Source of the DNA: Candidatus Dormiibacterota bacterium
GTDB taxonomy: Bacteria > Chloroflexota > Dormibacteria > CF-121
Direction of reading: 5' to 3'
Length of the DNA stretch: 57,466 nt
Assembly: GCA_035716185.1 (NCBI GenBank)
Contig: DASTJZ010000075.1
Coordinates: forward strand, 1 to 57,466
How positions within the stretch are numbered: position 1 is the first letter of the stretch; each line of letters opens with the position of its first letter. Both the position numbers and the translations under genes were made by a program. Shown here piece by piece: positions 36,938-49,969 of the stretch. A model generated the notes under the pieces. That model was not told where the DNA came from, did not search any database, and was given only the letters and a program-made list of their open reading frames with translations.

Positions 36938-37780
36938 ATGCCACTCGTTACGCTCAAGCAACTTCTCGAGGCCGGTGTCCATTTCGGCCACCAGACCAGC
37001 CGGTGGAATCCCAAGATGAAGCGGTACATCTTCACCGCGCGAAACGGGATCCACATCATCGACCTGCAACAAACCGTCAGGCTGCTGGATGACGCCGCCG
37101 GTTGGGTCAAGGACGTCGTCGGCGGAGGCCGCATGGTGCTCTTCGTCGGCACCAAGAAGCAGGCCCAGGAATCGATCGAGCTGGAGGCCCGGCGCTCCGG
37201 CATGCCGTTCGTCAACCATCGCTGGATGGGCGGGATGCTCACGAACTTCACAGTCATGCGGCGCCAGATCGAGCGATTGAACAGTCTGCGCGCCATCCGC
37301 AACAACGGCGGGTTCACGGGCAGCAAGAAGGCCATCACCGAGCTGGAGGAGGAGTACCAGCGACTGGAGCGCTTCTTCGGCGGCATGGCCGAGATGAAAC
37401 GCCTCCCTGGTGCGGTCTACATCGTCGACCCACGCAAGGAGCACATCGCCGTCACCGAGGCCCGCAAGCTCAGTATCCCGATCGTCGCCATCACGGATTC
37501 CAACTGTGATCCCGACGAGATCGACCACGTGATTCCCGGAAACGACGATGCCATCCGAGCGGTGAAGCTGATCACCTCGAAGATTGCCGATGCCGCCCTC
37601 GAGGCGCGCCAGCTGATCAGCCCCGAGGAGCTGGCGGCTGCGCCCGAGGTTCCGGTGCCTGCCGAGTTCGAGTACGGCGCAGAGGAAGAGGAAGAAGAGG
37701 ACGAAAAGCGATTCGCCGGGATGCCCACCGTCGATGAGGCCGAGTTCTACGAGGACGAAGCCCTGGACGACGAGAAATGA
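36938..37780 (+). CDS. rpsB: 30S ribosomal protein S2
   Basis: [28 protein letters not shown]; acidic tail. Confidence 0.98.
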   Translation: MPLVTLKQLLEAGVHFGHQTSRWNPKMKRYIFTARNGIHIIDLQQTVRLLDDAAGWVKDVVGGGRMVLFVGTKKQAQESIELEARRSGMPFVNHRWMGGMLTNFTVMRRQIERLNSLRAIRNNGGFTGSKKAITELEEEYQRLERFFGGMAEMKRLPGAVYIVDPRKEHIAVTEARKLSIPIVAITDSNCDPDEIDHVIPGNDDAIRAVKLITSKIADAALEARQLISPEELAAAPEVPVPAEFEYGAEEEEEEDEKRFAGMPTVDEAEFYEDEALDDEK

Positions 37781-38403
37781 CGGCGGCCACGATCAGCGCG
37801 CAGCAGGTCAAGGCGCTGCGCGATGCGACCGGGACCGGCATGATGGACTCGAAGCGGGCGCTCGAGGCGACGGAAGGGGACGTCGAAAAGGCGAAAGACT
37901 GGCTGCGACAGAAGGGGATTGCCCGAGCCGGGGTGAAAGCCGCCCGGCTGGCGGCCGAGGGCCTGGTGGAGATCTACCTCCACCACAACCACCATCTCGG
38001 CGTGCTGGTCGAGCTCAACAGCGAGACTGACTTTGTCGCCAGGAGTGACGCCTTCCGCGAGCTGGCGCACGAGTTGGCGGTCCACATCGCGGCGGCCGAC
38101 CCGCGTTACCTTCGCGTCGAGGACATTCCCTCCGCGGTGCTGGAGCGCAAACGCGAGGAAATCCGGGCCGAGGCGATCCGCCAGAAGAAACCGGCCGCGG
38201 TGATCGAGAAAATCATCGATGGCAAGCTGGGCGCGTTTTACGAGCGAGAGGTGCTGGCCGATCAGCGCTGGGCCAAGGACGACACGCGTACCGTGCAACA
38301 GGTTCTCGCGGACGCGGTCGCGCGCTTCGGTGAAAACCTGACGGTGTCGCGCTTCGCCCGCTTCAAGGTCAAGGACAACGGCGAAACGGAGGAGCAGCAA
38401 TAG
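37777..38403 (+). CDS. tsf: Elongation factor Ts, short form, copy 1
   Basis: [41 protein letters not shown]; 208 aa. Confidence 0.93.
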   Translation: MTAATISAQQVKALRDATGTGMMDSKRALEATEGDVEKAKDWLRQKGIARAGVKAARLAAEGLVEIYLHHNHHLGVLVELNSETDFVARSDAFRELAHELAVHIAAADPRYLRVEDIPSAVLERKREEIRAEAIRQKKPAAVIEKIIDGKLGAFYEREVLADQRWAKDDTRTVQQVLADAVARFGENLTVSRFARFKVKDNGETEEQQ

Positions 38404-38405
38404 CC

Positions 38406-40310
<1,905 letters not shown>

Positions 40311-40326
40311 TCGGCACCATCAACCA

Positions 40327-41049
40327 GTGAGTCAGGAGGCCCCGCCGCAGCACGTCGCAATCATCATGGATGGCAACAGCCGCTGGGCGCGCGATCGCCT
40401 GCTCCCTCGGGTGATGGGTCACAAGGCGGGGATCGAATCGATTCGCCGCGTTGCCGAAGCCGCCGACCAGCGCGGCGTCCGCGTGCTGACCCTCTATGCG
40501 TTTTCGACCGAGAACTGGTCGCGGCCGCGCGATGAGGTCGACGCCTTGATGACGCTGTTCTCTGAAACCATCCGGCGCGAGGTCGACGAGCTGGCGAGGC
40601 GTGGCATCGAGCTCCGATTCTCCGGCCGAATTCATGAACTTTCCCCGGCGCTGCAAGAACAGATGCGCCAGGCGACCGAGCGGACCCGAGTGAGCTCACG
40701 CGCCATCCTGAATATCGCCATCAACTACGGCGGACGGATCGAGATCCTGGACGCCATCCGGGAACTGGCCAGGGAGGGCGCCGACCTGAGCGCCATCGAT
40801 GAGGCTATGCTGGCCGCGCATCTCTATACCCGCGGGCTGCCCGATCCGGACCTGGTCATCCGGACGGCGGGGGAGATGCGGCTCAGCAATTTCCTGCTCT
40901 GGCAGAGCGCCTACTCGGAGTTCTACAGCACGCCGACGCTCTGGCCCGACTTTGGTGGCGCGGATTTCGACGAGGCGCTTGCCTCCTACCAGCGCCGGAT
41001 CCGCCGCTTCGGCGCCAGACCGGAGGAGGTATCGAATCGAGGCCGCTGA
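40327..41049 (+). CDS. uppS: Undecaprenyl/isoprenyl diphosphate synthase
   Basis: HVAIIMDGNSRWA, YAFSTENWSRP, NYGGR, RTAGEMRLSNFLLWQ. Confidence 0.96.
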   Translation: MSQEAPPQHVAIIMDGNSRWARDRLLPRVMGHKAGIESIRRVAEAADQRGVRVLTLYAFSTENWSRPRDEVDALMTLFSETIRREVDELARRGIELRFSGRIHELSPALQEQMRQATERTRVSSRAILNIAINYGGRIEILDAIRELAREGADLSAIDEAMLAAHLYTRGLPDPDLVIRTAGEMRLSNFLLWQSAYSEFYSTPTLWPDFGGADFDEALASYQRRIRRFGARPEEVSNRGR

Positions 41050-41902
41050 CCCCGGGGTCGATGCAGGCGCGCTAGCCGCCGCCCGACGCTCGAACCTGGT
41101 GGTCCGGGTTCTGACCGCGGCCGTCCTGATTGCCGCGGTCCTCCTCGTGCTTTTGGCCGGCTCGTTCTGGGTGTACGCCGCCCTGGCCGTGGTGCTGGCG
41201 GCCGCCCTGATCGAGTACTGGCAGCTGACCCGTGCCATGGGAACGCCGGCGCCAATATGGCTGCTGTTCCCGCTCGCCTACCTGTTCCTGTTTCGCGACC
41301 ACCTGCCGGCGTGGGCCAGCGTCACCACGCTGCTCGCGGGAGCGACGGTGGTGGGGCTGGGCGGCATGGTGTTCCTTCGCGATTGGAAGGCGAGCGTCAC
41401 TCGCTGGGCGCTTGCCCTTGGCGGCAGCCTCTACCTGGGCTTGCTGCTGAGCTTTTATGCCTCGCTCTTTTTCTTGCATCAGCCGGATCCCAGCCGGTTC
41501 GGGCTGCGGATCGTGATCGCAGTGTTCGGGGCGATCTGGATCGGCGACACCACCGCCATGCTGATCGGCATGCGATTCGGTCGCCACCCGTTTTTCCCGC
41601 GGATCAGTCCGAAGAAGACGGTCGAAGGCGCCGTGGGCGAGCTGGTGGCCACCACGATCTTCTTCGTTCTCGCCGGTCCGTTCATCGGCATTGGCCTACC
41701 CCATAGCGTGATCGTGGGCGCCCTGATCGGCGTGGTGGCCGAAATTGGCGACCTGGTTGAGTCGCAGCTCAAGCGGACCGCCGGCGTCAAGGATGCCAGC
41801 CATTTGATCCCCGGTCACGGTGGTGCGCTGGACCGCATCGACTCGCTGCTGCCGGTTGGAGTCGTTGTGTACTATTACGTCACGTTCTTGCACCTGGCAT
41901 GA
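41036..41902 (+). CDS. cdsA: Phosphatidate cytidylyltransferase
   Basis: Multi-TM; DTTAMLIG, ISPKKTVEG, GDLVESQLKR, IPGHGGALDRIDS. Start ATC 41036 after GGAGGAGG, or GTG 41099. Confidence 0.95.
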   Translation: MEAADPGVDAGALAAARRSNLVVRVLTAAVLIAAVLLVLLAGSFWVYAALAVVLAAALIEYWQLTRAMGTPAPIWLLFPLAYLFLFRDHLPAWASVTTLLAGATVVGLGGMVFLRDWKASVTRWALALGGSLYLGLLLSFYASLFFLHQPDPSRFGLRIVIAVFGAIWIGDTTAMLIGMRFGRHPFFPRISPKKTVEGAVGELVATTIFFVLAGPFIGIGLPHSVIVGALIGVVAEIGDLVESQLKRTAGVKDASHLIPGHGGALDRIDSLLPVGVVVYYYVTFLHLA

Positions 41903-41977
41903 GGCGGCCGGTGCAATGACCCATACCAGCGCCACGTTTCAGCTCATGCGGGAACCCCCGCGATCCTGTCAAGAGAG

Positions 41978-43144
41978 ATGAGAGCCCACCGTTCTTCCTT
42001 CCGGCGCCTGGCGCTGCTCGGCGCGACGGGCTCGATCGGACGCCAGGTCTGCGACGTGGTGGAGCGCCACCCGGATCGCTTCGCCCTCCATGCCGTGGTC
42101 GGTGGAAGTGATGCGGCCGCCCTCGACGCGGTGGCTGGCCGGCATCCCGAGGCGCATGCGCTCCTGGCGAAGCCTGGTGACGCACAGCGGGGAGACGTCG
42201 CGGCTGCCATCGATGCGATCGTTCGCGATCCCGAGGTCGATCTGGTGGTGGTGGCGGTCTCCGGCGGCGCGGCGCTGGCGCCGACCCTGGCCGCCCTCGA
42301 CGCCGGAAAGGATCTGGCACTCGCCACCAAAGAGGTGCTGGTGATGGCGGGTGAGCTGGTCCGCGAAAGGATGCGCGCTAGCGGCTCGCAGATCTTCCCT
42401 ATCGACAGCGAGCACAGCGCGATCTGGCAGTGCCTCTGGGGCGAACAGCGAGGCGCCGTCCGCCGCTTGATCCTGACCGGCTCCGGAGGGCCATTTCTTC
42501 GACGTCCGCGGGAGACGCTGGAGACCGTAACCATCGCCGAGGCACTGGCGCACCCCCGCTGGAAGATGGGACCGAAGATCACCGTCGACTCGGCGACCAT
42601 GATGAACAAGGGCCTGGAGATCATCGAGGCGCATTTCCTGTTCGATCTTCCGTACCGGGCGATCGACGTCGTGGTGCATCCGGAGAGCGTGGTCCATTCG
42701 ATGGTCGAATTCGTCGACGGCAGCATGAAGGCGCAGCTGGCTGTGCCGGACATGCACCTGCCGATCGCCATCGCCTTGAGCTTTCCCGAACGGCTCGACG
42801 GCATCAGCCCGGCGCCCGACCTTGCCGCCCTGGGGCAGCTTTCGTTCGAAGCGCTCGACAGCAGCCGCTATCCGGCGGTGGAACTGGCCCGTGCGGCCGG
42901 CGAGCGCGGCGGCACATCTCCCACAGTTTTGAATGCGGCGAATGAGGAGGCCGTTGCGCTGTTCCTCGCCGGCCAATGTCGCTTCGTCGATATCGTGCCG
43001 ACCGTTGAACAGGTTCTTGACATGGCGCCAACGAATGGCGCCGTGACCCTCGAGAGCGTTATGGAGGCGGATCGCTGGGCCCGGGCCAGGGTGCGCACCA
43101 CGGTGGAGCGACGCCACGGCGTTCGGAGCAAGTTGCCGGCTTGA
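41978..43144 (+). CDS. dxr: 1-deoxy-D-xylulose-5-phosphate reductoisomerase
   Basis: [45 protein letters not shown]. Confidence 0.96.
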   Translation: MRAHRSSFRRLALLGATGSIGRQVCDVVERHPDRFALHAVVGGSDAAALDAVAGRHPEAHALLAKPGDAQRGDVAAAIDAIVRDPEVDLVVVAVSGGAALAPTLAALDAGKDLALATKEVLVMAGELVRERMRASGSQIFPIDSEHSAIWQCLWGEQRGAVRRLILTGSGGPFLRRPRETLETVTIAEALAHPRWKMGPKITVDSATMMNKGLEIIEAHFLFDLPYRAIDVVVHPESVVHSMVEFVDGSMKAQLAVPDMHLPIAIALSFPERLDGISPAPDLAALGQLSFEALDSSRYPAVELARAAGERGGTSPTVLNAANEEAVALFLAGQCRFVDIVPTVEQVLDMAPTNGAVTLESVMEADRWARARVRTTVERRHGVRSKLPA

Positions 43145-44184
43145 ACATGCTGGTCGTCGTCCCGGTTGTCATCGTCATCTTCAGCGGCCTCGTGATCGCG
43201 CACGAGGGAGGCCACTTCATCACGGCCAAGCTCTCCGGGATCAAGGTCGAACAGTTCAGCGTTGGGTTTGGGCCGATGCTGTTCGGGTTTCATCGCGGGG
43301 AGACGCTCTATGCGGTGCGCGTGATTCCGCTTGGAGGCTTCGTCAAGCTTGCCGGGATGGATGGCAGCATGGACGCCGGACCGCGCAGCTTCAATGCCCA
43401 TCCGTTATGGCAGCGCTTCATCGTGATCGTTGCCGGTTCGGCGGTCAATCTCATCGTGCCGGTCTTCATCTTTTTCGGTGTGTACATGACCGCGGGTGCC
43501 GCCGAGCTCAGGACGCCGCTGCAAGTCGGTTCGGTCGATAGCGGGACGCCGGCCGCCGCTGCCGGAATGCGTGCCGGTGATGTCATTCGTTCGGTAAACC
43601 AGCACCCGATCAACCAGTTCGAAGATCTGCCGAACGCGCTGGACGCCTCGAAAGGCGCTCCGGTGAACGTCGTGATCGACCGTCAGGGAGAGCCGCTAAG
43701 CCTGACGATCAAGCCACAGTTGGACAAGAGCAGCGGCGGGTACATCCTTGGCTTTCATCCGGCGGTGCGGACCTGGAAACCGGGTCCGTTTGAGGCTGCC
43801 GGACGCGCGGTGCACGATACTGGCGCGTCGATTGCTGGCATCGTCGGCGGCATCTACCAGCTGATCACCGACAAAACCATGGGCGGACTGCTTGGGCCCC
43901 GAGGCCTGGAGGGCCCGGTTGGCATCGTGAAGACCACCGCCCGGGCGGCGCAGGCGGGCGTCCTGCCGGTGCTCGACGTGGCGGCGCTGTTGAGTCTCAG
44001 CCTCGGGCTCGCCAATATCCTGCCGTTCCCGGCGCTGGACGGCGGTCGGGCGGCGTTTCTCGTCCTCGAGCTGATTCGGGGACGCCCGGTCGATCCTGCT
44101 CGGGAACAGGTGGTGCACTACGTCGGCCTCGCTCTGTTGTTTGGGCTGATCGGACTTGTGACATATAACGATGTGTTGAGATGA
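43141..44184 (+). CDS. RseP/RasP-like M50 zinc metalloprotease with PDZ
   Basis: [23 protein letters not shown]; TTGA overlap with dxr. Confidence 0.93.
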   Translation: MNMLVVVPVVIVIFSGLVIAHEGGHFITAKLSGIKVEQFSVGFGPMLFGFHRGETLYAVRVIPLGGFVKLAGMDGSMDAGPRSFNAHPLWQRFIVIVAGSAVNLIVPVFIFFGVYMTAGAAELRTPLQVGSVDSGTPAAAAGMRAGDVIRSVNQHPINQFEDLPNALDASKGAPVNVVIDRQGEPLSLTIKPQLDKSSGGYILGFHPAVRTWKPGPFEAAGRAVHDTGASIAGIVGGIYQLITDKTMGGLLGPRGLEGPVGIVKTTARAAQAGVLPVLDVAALLSLSLGLANILPFPALDGGRAAFLVLELIRGRPVDPAREQVVHYVGLALLFGLIGLVTYNDVLR

Positions 44185-45278
44185 GACCACGGCGAAAGTC
44201 GGTTCCCGTTCGGGTTGGCGACGTCGTGATCGGCGGTGCGGCCGAGATCGTCGTGCAGTCGATGACCAAGGCCGACACCCGCGACGTCAAAGCAACGCTG
44301 AACGAGATTTCGCGTCTCAAAGACGCGAACTGCCGCATCGTCCGGGTCGCGGTACCGACCCGTGAGGCGGCGCAGGCCATGATCGACATCAAGAAGGCGT
44401 CGCCGATCCCGATCATCGCCGACATCCACTACGATGCACCGCTGGCCTTGCTGGCGCTCGAAGCCGGCGTCGACGGCCTCCGCCTCAATCCGGGGAACAT
44501 CAAGGATCCCGAGAAGGTCAAGGAAATTACCCGCCGCGCCAAGGAGCGGGAGGTGCCGATCCGCATCGGCGTCAACGCCGGTTCGTTGCCGGGACGTCCC
44601 AAAGAGGGCGCCGGCATTCGCCCACCAACGGAAGAGGTGGTCGCCGCGATGGTCAACGCCGCACTGGGCCACATTCACATCCTGGAGTCGCTCGACTTCA
44701 ATCTCATCAAGGTGTCGATGAAGGCCTCGGATCCGCCGACGATGATCGCGGCGAACCGGGCGCTGGCGGACAAGATCTCCTATCCGTTGCACCTGGGGGT
44801 CACCGAATCGGGACCGCCCCGGACCGGCGCTGTCAAAAGCGCTGTTGGCATCGGCGTGCTGCTCGAGGAAGGTATCGGCGACACGATCCGGGTGTCACTC
44901 GCTGGCGACTCGGTCGAAGAGGTCGAGGTGGCTTACGGCATCGTCAACGCGCTCGCCGAGAAGCAGACCGGGCCCAACCTGATCGCCTGTCCGATGTGCG
45001 GCCGGCTCGAAATCGACATGCTGCCCATGGTGGCCGAGGTCGAAAAGGCGCTGAAGAAGATCAAGCGGCCGATCAACGTATCGGTCATGGGCTGTGTTGT
45101 GAATGGGCCAGGCGAAGGTCAGCATGCTGATATCGGGATCGCCGGCGGTAAGGGCAAGGGCATCCTCTTCAAGCACGGCAAGATCGTGGGAACCTTCCCC
45201 GAGAAAGAACTGGTCCCGGCGCTGCTGCGCGAGCTCGATGCGATCGCTCTGGAAGACCAGCAGAAGCTCGCCAGCTAA
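44181..45278 (+). CDS. ispG: HMBPP synthase IspG
   Basis: [50 protein letters not shown]. Confidence 0.97.
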   Translation: MRPRRKSVPVRVGDVVIGGAAEIVVQSMTKADTRDVKATLNEISRLKDANCRIVRVAVPTREAAQAMIDIKKASPIPIIADIHYDAPLALLALEAGVDGLRLNPGNIKDPEKVKEITRRAKEREVPIRIGVNAGSLPGRPKEGAGIRPPTEEVVAAMVNAALGHIHILESLDFNLIKVSMKASDPPTMIAANRALADKISYPLHLGVTESGPPRTGAVKSAVGIGVLLEEGIGDTIRVSLAGDSVEEVEVAYGIVNALAEKQTGPNLIACPMCGRLEIDMLPMVAEVEKALKKIKRPINVSVMGCVVNGPGEGQHADIGIAGGKGKGILFKHGKIVGTFPEKELVPALLRELDAIALEDQQKLAS

Positions 45279-45331
45279 ACCCTTTCCGCAAGACCGTGGG
45301 ATAAGAGCCGCAACTTATACTCACAAGCCAC

Positions 45332-46786
45332 ATGGCTGTAGATCAGCGCGAAGCGGGTTTTGTCAAGGAGATCCGCAAGCAGTCAGTGGATTTCCCCGGC
45401 TGGTACAACGACGTGGTCCGCAAGGCGCAACTCGCCGACTACTCGCCGGTGCGCGGCTGTATGGTCGTCCGGCCCTACGGGTACGCGCTCTGGGAGAACA
45501 TTCGTGACGCGCTCGACGGGCTGATCAAAGAAACCGGGCACGAGAACTGGTACTTTCCCGCGCTGATCCCCTTGAGCTTTCTGCTCAAGGAGCAGGAGCA
45601 CGTCGAGGGCTTCCAGCCCGAGTTCGCGATGGTCACCCGCGGCGGCGGCAAGGAGCTCGAAGAGCCGCTCGTATTGCGGCCGACGTCCGAGACGATGCTT
45701 GCCAGCGTGCTTCGCGATTACATCCAGTCGTATCGGGACCTGCCGGTTCTGACCAACCAGTGGAACAATGTCTTTCGCTGGGAGCTCCGCACCCGGCTCT
45801 TCTTGCGGACCTTCGAGTTCCTCTGGCAGGAAGGCCATACGTTCCACGAAACGGCGGCCGAGGCCGAGGAAGAGGTGGCGCGAATGCTCGAGCAGTACCG
45901 GCGCATCGCCGAAGAATGGTGCGCGGTACCGGTGCTGCTCGGCCGCAAGTCAGAGACCGAGAAGTTCGCCGGGGCGCAATATTCGATGTCGATCGAGGGC
46001 ATGATGGGGGATGGGAAGGCCCTGCAGGCTGGCACCTCGCACTATTTCGGCCAGAACTTCACGCGTGCCTACGACCTGAGCTTCACCGGGCGCACCAACG
46101 ATCGCGAGTTCCCATACTCGACCAGCTGGGGGGTTTCCTGGCGAATCGTCGGTGCCGTGATCATGGCCCACGGTGACGACTTCGGCCTGCAGCTGCCGCC
46201 CCGGGTGGCTCCGGTGCAGGCGGTCGTCATTCCGATCTTCCGAGGCGACGCTGAGCGCGCCCAGGTGGAATCGGGTGTCGAGGCGGTGAAATCGGCCCTC
46301 GACGATGTCCGTGTCAAGGTCGACTGGCGTGACGAGCGGCCGGGGTTCAAATTCAATGAGTGGGAGCTCAAGGGCGTGCCACTGCGGATCGAGATCGGAC
46401 CTCGCGATCTGGCGGCGGGACAGGTCACCGTGGTCCGTCGCCTCGACCGGATGAAGAAAGCCGTTCCGCTCGGCGAGCTGGAGATGACCGTTCCGGCAAT
46501 GCTCGACCACATTCAGAGTGCGTTGTTCCAGCGCGCCCTGGATTTCCGGGAGCGGCACACCGCACGCGTCGACTCGCTCCCGGCCATCGCCCGCTTCTTC
46601 CAGGATCAGGTGGGGTTCGTCATCACGCCCTGGTGCGGACGCGCCGAAGACGAAGAAACGGTCAAAAGGGACACGGGCGGCGCGACCACTCGGGTCGTGC
46701 TGTCAGAGCGGCCGCCCGCGACCGCGGCCTGTGCTGTGTGCGGCCGTCCGGCCACCGTAGAGGTCGTCTGGGGGAAGGCCTACTAG
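45332..46786 (+). CDS. proS: Proline-tRNA ligase, archaeal/eukaryote-like type
   Basis: VRGCMV.RPYG, LRPTSET, NQWNNVFRWE, EFLWQEGHT, LQAGTSH, TSWGVSWR; C-terminal CAVC; no INS editing domain. Confidence 0.96.
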   Translation: MAVDQREAGFVKEIRKQSVDFPGWYNDVVRKAQLADYSPVRGCMVVRPYGYALWENIRDALDGLIKETGHENWYFPALIPLSFLLKEQEHVEGFQPEFAMVTRGGGKELEEPLVLRPTSETMLASVLRDYIQSYRDLPVLTNQWNNVFRWELRTRLFLRTFEFLWQEGHTFHETAAEAEEEVARMLEQYRRIAEEWCAVPVLLGRKSETEKFAGAQYSMSIEGMMGDGKALQAGTSHYFGQNFTRAYDLSFTGRTNDREFPYSTSWGVSWRIVGAVIMAHGDDFGLQLPPRVAPVQAVVIPIFRGDAERAQVESGVEAVKSALDDVRVKVDWRDERPGFKFNEWELKGVPLRIEIGPRDLAAGQVTVVRRLDRMKKAVPLGELEMTVPAMLDHIQSALFQRALDFRERHTARVDSLPAIARFFQDQVGFVITPWCGRAEDEETVKRDTGGATTRVVLSERPPATAACAVCGRPATVEVVWGKAY

Positions 46787-46851
46787 CTCGACTGATTCGG
46801 CAAACGGAAGTTCGGGGATAATTCCCGCATACACGAGGTAGGGACCCGGAC

Positions 46852-48999
46852 ATGCAATTCGCCGACCTCCTGACCAAAGTCGCGTATCTGCCGCCGCAGG
46901 ATGTCGACGTGCTGTCGCGGGCCTACGACGCCGCTGCCAGCGCTCACTACGACCAGAACCGGCTCTCCGGCGAGAAGTTCATCGAGCATCCTCTGAGCGT
47001 GGCCGCCATCCTGGCGGACCTCCAGCTCGACCGCGACACGCTCGCGGCGGCGATCCTGCACGACACCGTCGAGGACACTCACCTGACGGTCTCCGACCTC
47101 GAGCAGAGCTTCGGCCCAACCGTCGGCAAGCTGGTCGCCGGGGTGACCAAGCTGGAGAAGATCTCGTTTCACAGTCAAGAGCAGGCCCAGGCGGAAAACG
47201 TCCGCAAGATGCTGGTGGCGATGGCCGAAGACGTCAGGGTGGTCCTGATGAAGCTGGCCGACCGGCTTCACAACATGCGCACGGTCGACTTCCTCCCGGA
47301 GAACCGGCGGCGGGCGATGGCCCAGGAGACGCTCGACATCTACGCCCCTCTGGCACATCGCCTGGGCATGTGGAACATCAAGTGGGAGCTGGAAGACCTT
47401 TCTTTCGCCCAGCTGCATCCCGACGAATACCACGAGATCGTCAAGAAGATCGCGCGCAAGCGCAAGGAGCGCGAGACCTACGTCAACGACATCAAGGAGA
47501 TCCTGGAACGCGAGCTGTCGGCCGTCGGCATCAAGGCCGAGACGACCGGGCGTCCCAAGCATGTCTACAGCATTGCCAACAAGCTCGCCCTGGGAAAGGA
47601 CTTCGATGAGATTTACGATCTCTCCGCCATCCGGGTGCTGACCGACTCGATCAAGGACTGCTACGGCGCGCTCGGCGTAATCCACTCACTCTGGAAACCG
47701 ATCCCGGGGCGCTTCAAGGATTACATCGCCATGCCAAAGTCCAACGGCTACCAGTCGCTCCACACGACGGTGGTCAGCCATACCGGTGAGCCGATGGAGA
47801 TCCAGATCCGCACCCAGGAGATGCATCGCACCGCCGAGTGGGGCGTCGCCGCCCACTGGACGTACAAAGAGGGTGGCAGCAAGGACGACCGGAAGATGGA
47901 TCAGCGCTTTGCCTGGCTGCGCCAATTGATGGATTGGCAGAAGGAAGTGCTGGACGCGGAGAAATTCGTCGACGCCGTCAAGGTCGACGTCTTTCGCGAT
48001 GAGGTCTTCGTCTTCACGCCAAAGGGCGATGTGCTGGCCCTGCCGACGGGGGCCACGACGGTCGACTTCGCCTATCGCATTCATACCGAGGTCGGACACC
48101 GCTGCATCGGCGCGAAGGCGAATGGCCGGATGGTGCCGCTCGACTACCCGCTCCAGAACGGGGACATCGTCGAAGTCCTGACCTCGAAAGGGCCGCATGG
48201 TCCCAGCCGGGATTGGCTGAGCTTCGTCAAGACCGCAGGGGCTGCGCAGAAGATCCGCGCCTGGTTCAAGAAGGAGCGGCGGGAGGAAAACGTCAGCAAA
48301 GGCAAGGAGCTGCTCGACAAAGAGTTTCGGCGGATGCAGCAGCGTGCCCTGGCTTCGATCGGCGAGGAGCGCGTGCTCGAGCTGGCTCGAGAATTTCGCT
48401 TCACCGACCTGAATGACTTCTACGCCGCCATCGGCTACGGCGATGTCAGTCCCCACTCGGTGTTGCTGAAGTACATGGCGGTCAGCCAGCCGGACGGTGA
48501 CGGCGAGTTCCCGCTGATTCCACTGGTCCCGCAGTTCAAGCCAACGGGAGAGATTCGCGTCAAAGGTGAGCGCGGGGTCCTGACCCAGATCGCGCAATGC
48601 TGCAAACCGGTGCCAGGCGATCCCATCATGGGCTACATCACGCGCGGCAAGGGCATCACCGTGCACCGCACCAGCTGCAAGAACGTGATCAATGTCAACA
48701 ACCAGGACCGACTGGTAGAAGTCGACTGGGACACCGGCGGGCGGCAGCTCTATCCAGTGGCAATCAAGATCGAAGCCTGGGACCGAACCGGCCTGCTGCG
48801 TGACATCGCCACCGTCATCGCCGAGAGCAAGATCAACCTCACCGGGGCCGAGGTGCAGGTCTACGACGACAAGACGGCGGTGATCTCGACCACCGTCGAG
48901 ATCAGCAGCCTGACCCAGTTGAGCCGTCTGATGGAGCGGCTGGAAACGGTCAAAGACGTTCATACGGTCGCCCGCGAGGGCAACCTCGCCGCAAGCTGA
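46852..48999 (+). CDS. relA: Bifunctional long RSH (p)ppGpp synthetase/hydrolase
   Basis: HD motif LHDTVEDT, RFKDY (RxKD), YQSLHT, TGS, CCKPVPGD, ACT. Confidence 0.96.
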   Translation: MQFADLLTKVAYLPPQDVDVLSRAYDAAASAHYDQNRLSGEKFIEHPLSVAAILADLQLDRDTLAAAILHDTVEDTHLTVSDLEQSFGPTVGKLVAGVTKLEKISFHSQEQAQAENVRKMLVAMAEDVRVVLMKLADRLHNMRTVDFLPENRRRAMAQETLDIYAPLAHRLGMWNIKWELEDLSFAQLHPDEYHEIVKKIARKRKERETYVNDIKEILERELSAVGIKAETTGRPKHVYSIANKLALGKDFDEIYDLSAIRVLTDSIKDCYGALGVIHSLWKPIPGRFKDYIAMPKSNGYQSLHTTVVSHTGEPMEIQIRTQEMHRTAEWGVAAHWTYKEGGSKDDRKMDQRFAWLRQLMDWQKEVLDAEKFVDAVKVDVFRDEVFVFTPKGDVLALPTGATTVDFAYRIHTEVGHRCIGAKANGRMVPLDYPLQNGDIVEVLTSKGPHGPSRDWLSFVKTAGAAQKIRAWFKKERREENVSKGKELLDKEFRRMQQRALASIGEERVLELAREFRFTDLNDFYAAIGYGDVSPHSVLLKYMAVSQPDGDGEFPLIPLVPQFKPTGEIRVKGERGVLTQIAQCCKPVPGDPIMGYITRGKGITVHRTSCKNVINVNNQDRLVEVDWDTGGRQLYPVAIKIEAWDRTGLLRDIATVIAESKINLTGAEVQVYDDKTAVISTTVEISSLTQLSRLMERLETVKDVHTVAREGNLAAS

Positions 49000-49090
49000 C
49001 GGAAATCGTTACAGGGTCGTCACCTCACCAGCCGGCGTGGGGATTGGGGAAAGGGTTGCCGTAACTTCGCATCCATAGCATCGGTGTGCG

Positions 49091-49969
49091 ATGGGTGCCC
49101 ATTCCGATGGTCGGCGCGCGCTTGCCGGCTTTTTCGCCCTGGCGTTCGGGGTCGCGCTGCTCTTCGGGCTCGTCGCCCTGGTAGCGCTACAGCCAAGCGA
49201 TGGCTATGCCTGGGTGCAGACTCCCGATCTCGCAGCGGACCTCCGCCTCGATGCCGCCCTGCACACCAAGCCACTGAAAAGCACGGTGATTTCGGAGGCG
49301 CTCAGCGACCAGCCGCTGGAGGGGAGCAGCCCGGCGTCCCTTGCGCTCACACCGGCTCTGGCGGTTCCTCCCGCGGCGACGACGGTGGCAGTCAGTCTGC
49401 CGCCCGCGACCCGACCGGTAACAACGCCGCAACCTGTCCTGGGCCCTACTGGGCCGCAACCCAGCCCAGCGCCATCTCCAATGTCAACGCCCTCACCAAC
49501 CCCGACTCCAACCGCACAGCCGACGGCACCGCCGAGTCCGACAGCGACACCCACGCCGGCCCCGACGCCAACGCCCACGCCGGGCCCGACTCCAACCCCC
49601 ACGCCGCGGCCCACTCCGACGCCGACGCCCGCTGCGCGATTCGCGATCACTTCCGCCTTCGAAAGCGTGAGCAAGTCGGTCAAAAACGGAAACGGCAGCC
49701 GTTGCTCACAGGACACGGTGACGGCGACGGGGAGCTTTACGACCAACGGCGTCGGTGGCACCGTGTACTACGGATGGGCCCACTACGACACCAGCGGCCA
49801 GCTCACGGGCTGGACGTCCGAAGCGCCAATCCAGATCGCACCAGGCGATACGCGCTCGCATAGCGTGGTCGCAGACCTCTTCACGCCGCAACATAGCGGT
49901 TCGGACCGGCTCGTCTTCCTGAGCCCGGCGTACTCCGCAGCGGCACAAAGCTGGAGTTGCGTTGGCTAG
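49091..49969 (+). CDS. Membrane-anchored surface protein: N-terminal TM, Pro/Thr stalk, C-terminal beta-rich domain with two Cys
   Basis: [20 protein letters not shown]; TPTP repeats; [16 protein letters not shown]; TAGCAT 9 nt upstream. Confidence 0.7.
   Translation: MGAHSDGRRALAGFFALAFGVALLFGLVALVALQPSDGYAWVQTPDLAADLRLDAALHTKPLKSTVISEALSDQPLEGSSPASLALTPALAVPPAATTVAVSLPPATRPVTTPQPVLGPTGPQPSPAPSPMSTPSPTPTPTAQPTAPPSPTATPTPAPTPTPTPGPTPTPTPRPTPTPTPAARFAITSAFESVSKSVKNGNGSRCSQDTVTATGSFTTNGVGGTVYYGWAHYDTSGQLTGWTSEAPIQIAPGDTRSHSVVADLFTPQHSGSDRLVFLSPAYSAAAQSWSCVG
49460..49630 (+). repeat. Pro/Thr (TP)n low-complexity coding repeat
   Basis: [57 protein letters not shown]; codons vary between units. 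Confidence 0.8.

Noticed and set aside
46787-46851. c-di-GMP-I riboswitch suggested by GGCAAAC before rel
   Set aside because: The GNRA hairpin, GACGCAAAGC and P2 elements are missing. Similar checks upstream of flp and the cyclase unit were also negative.
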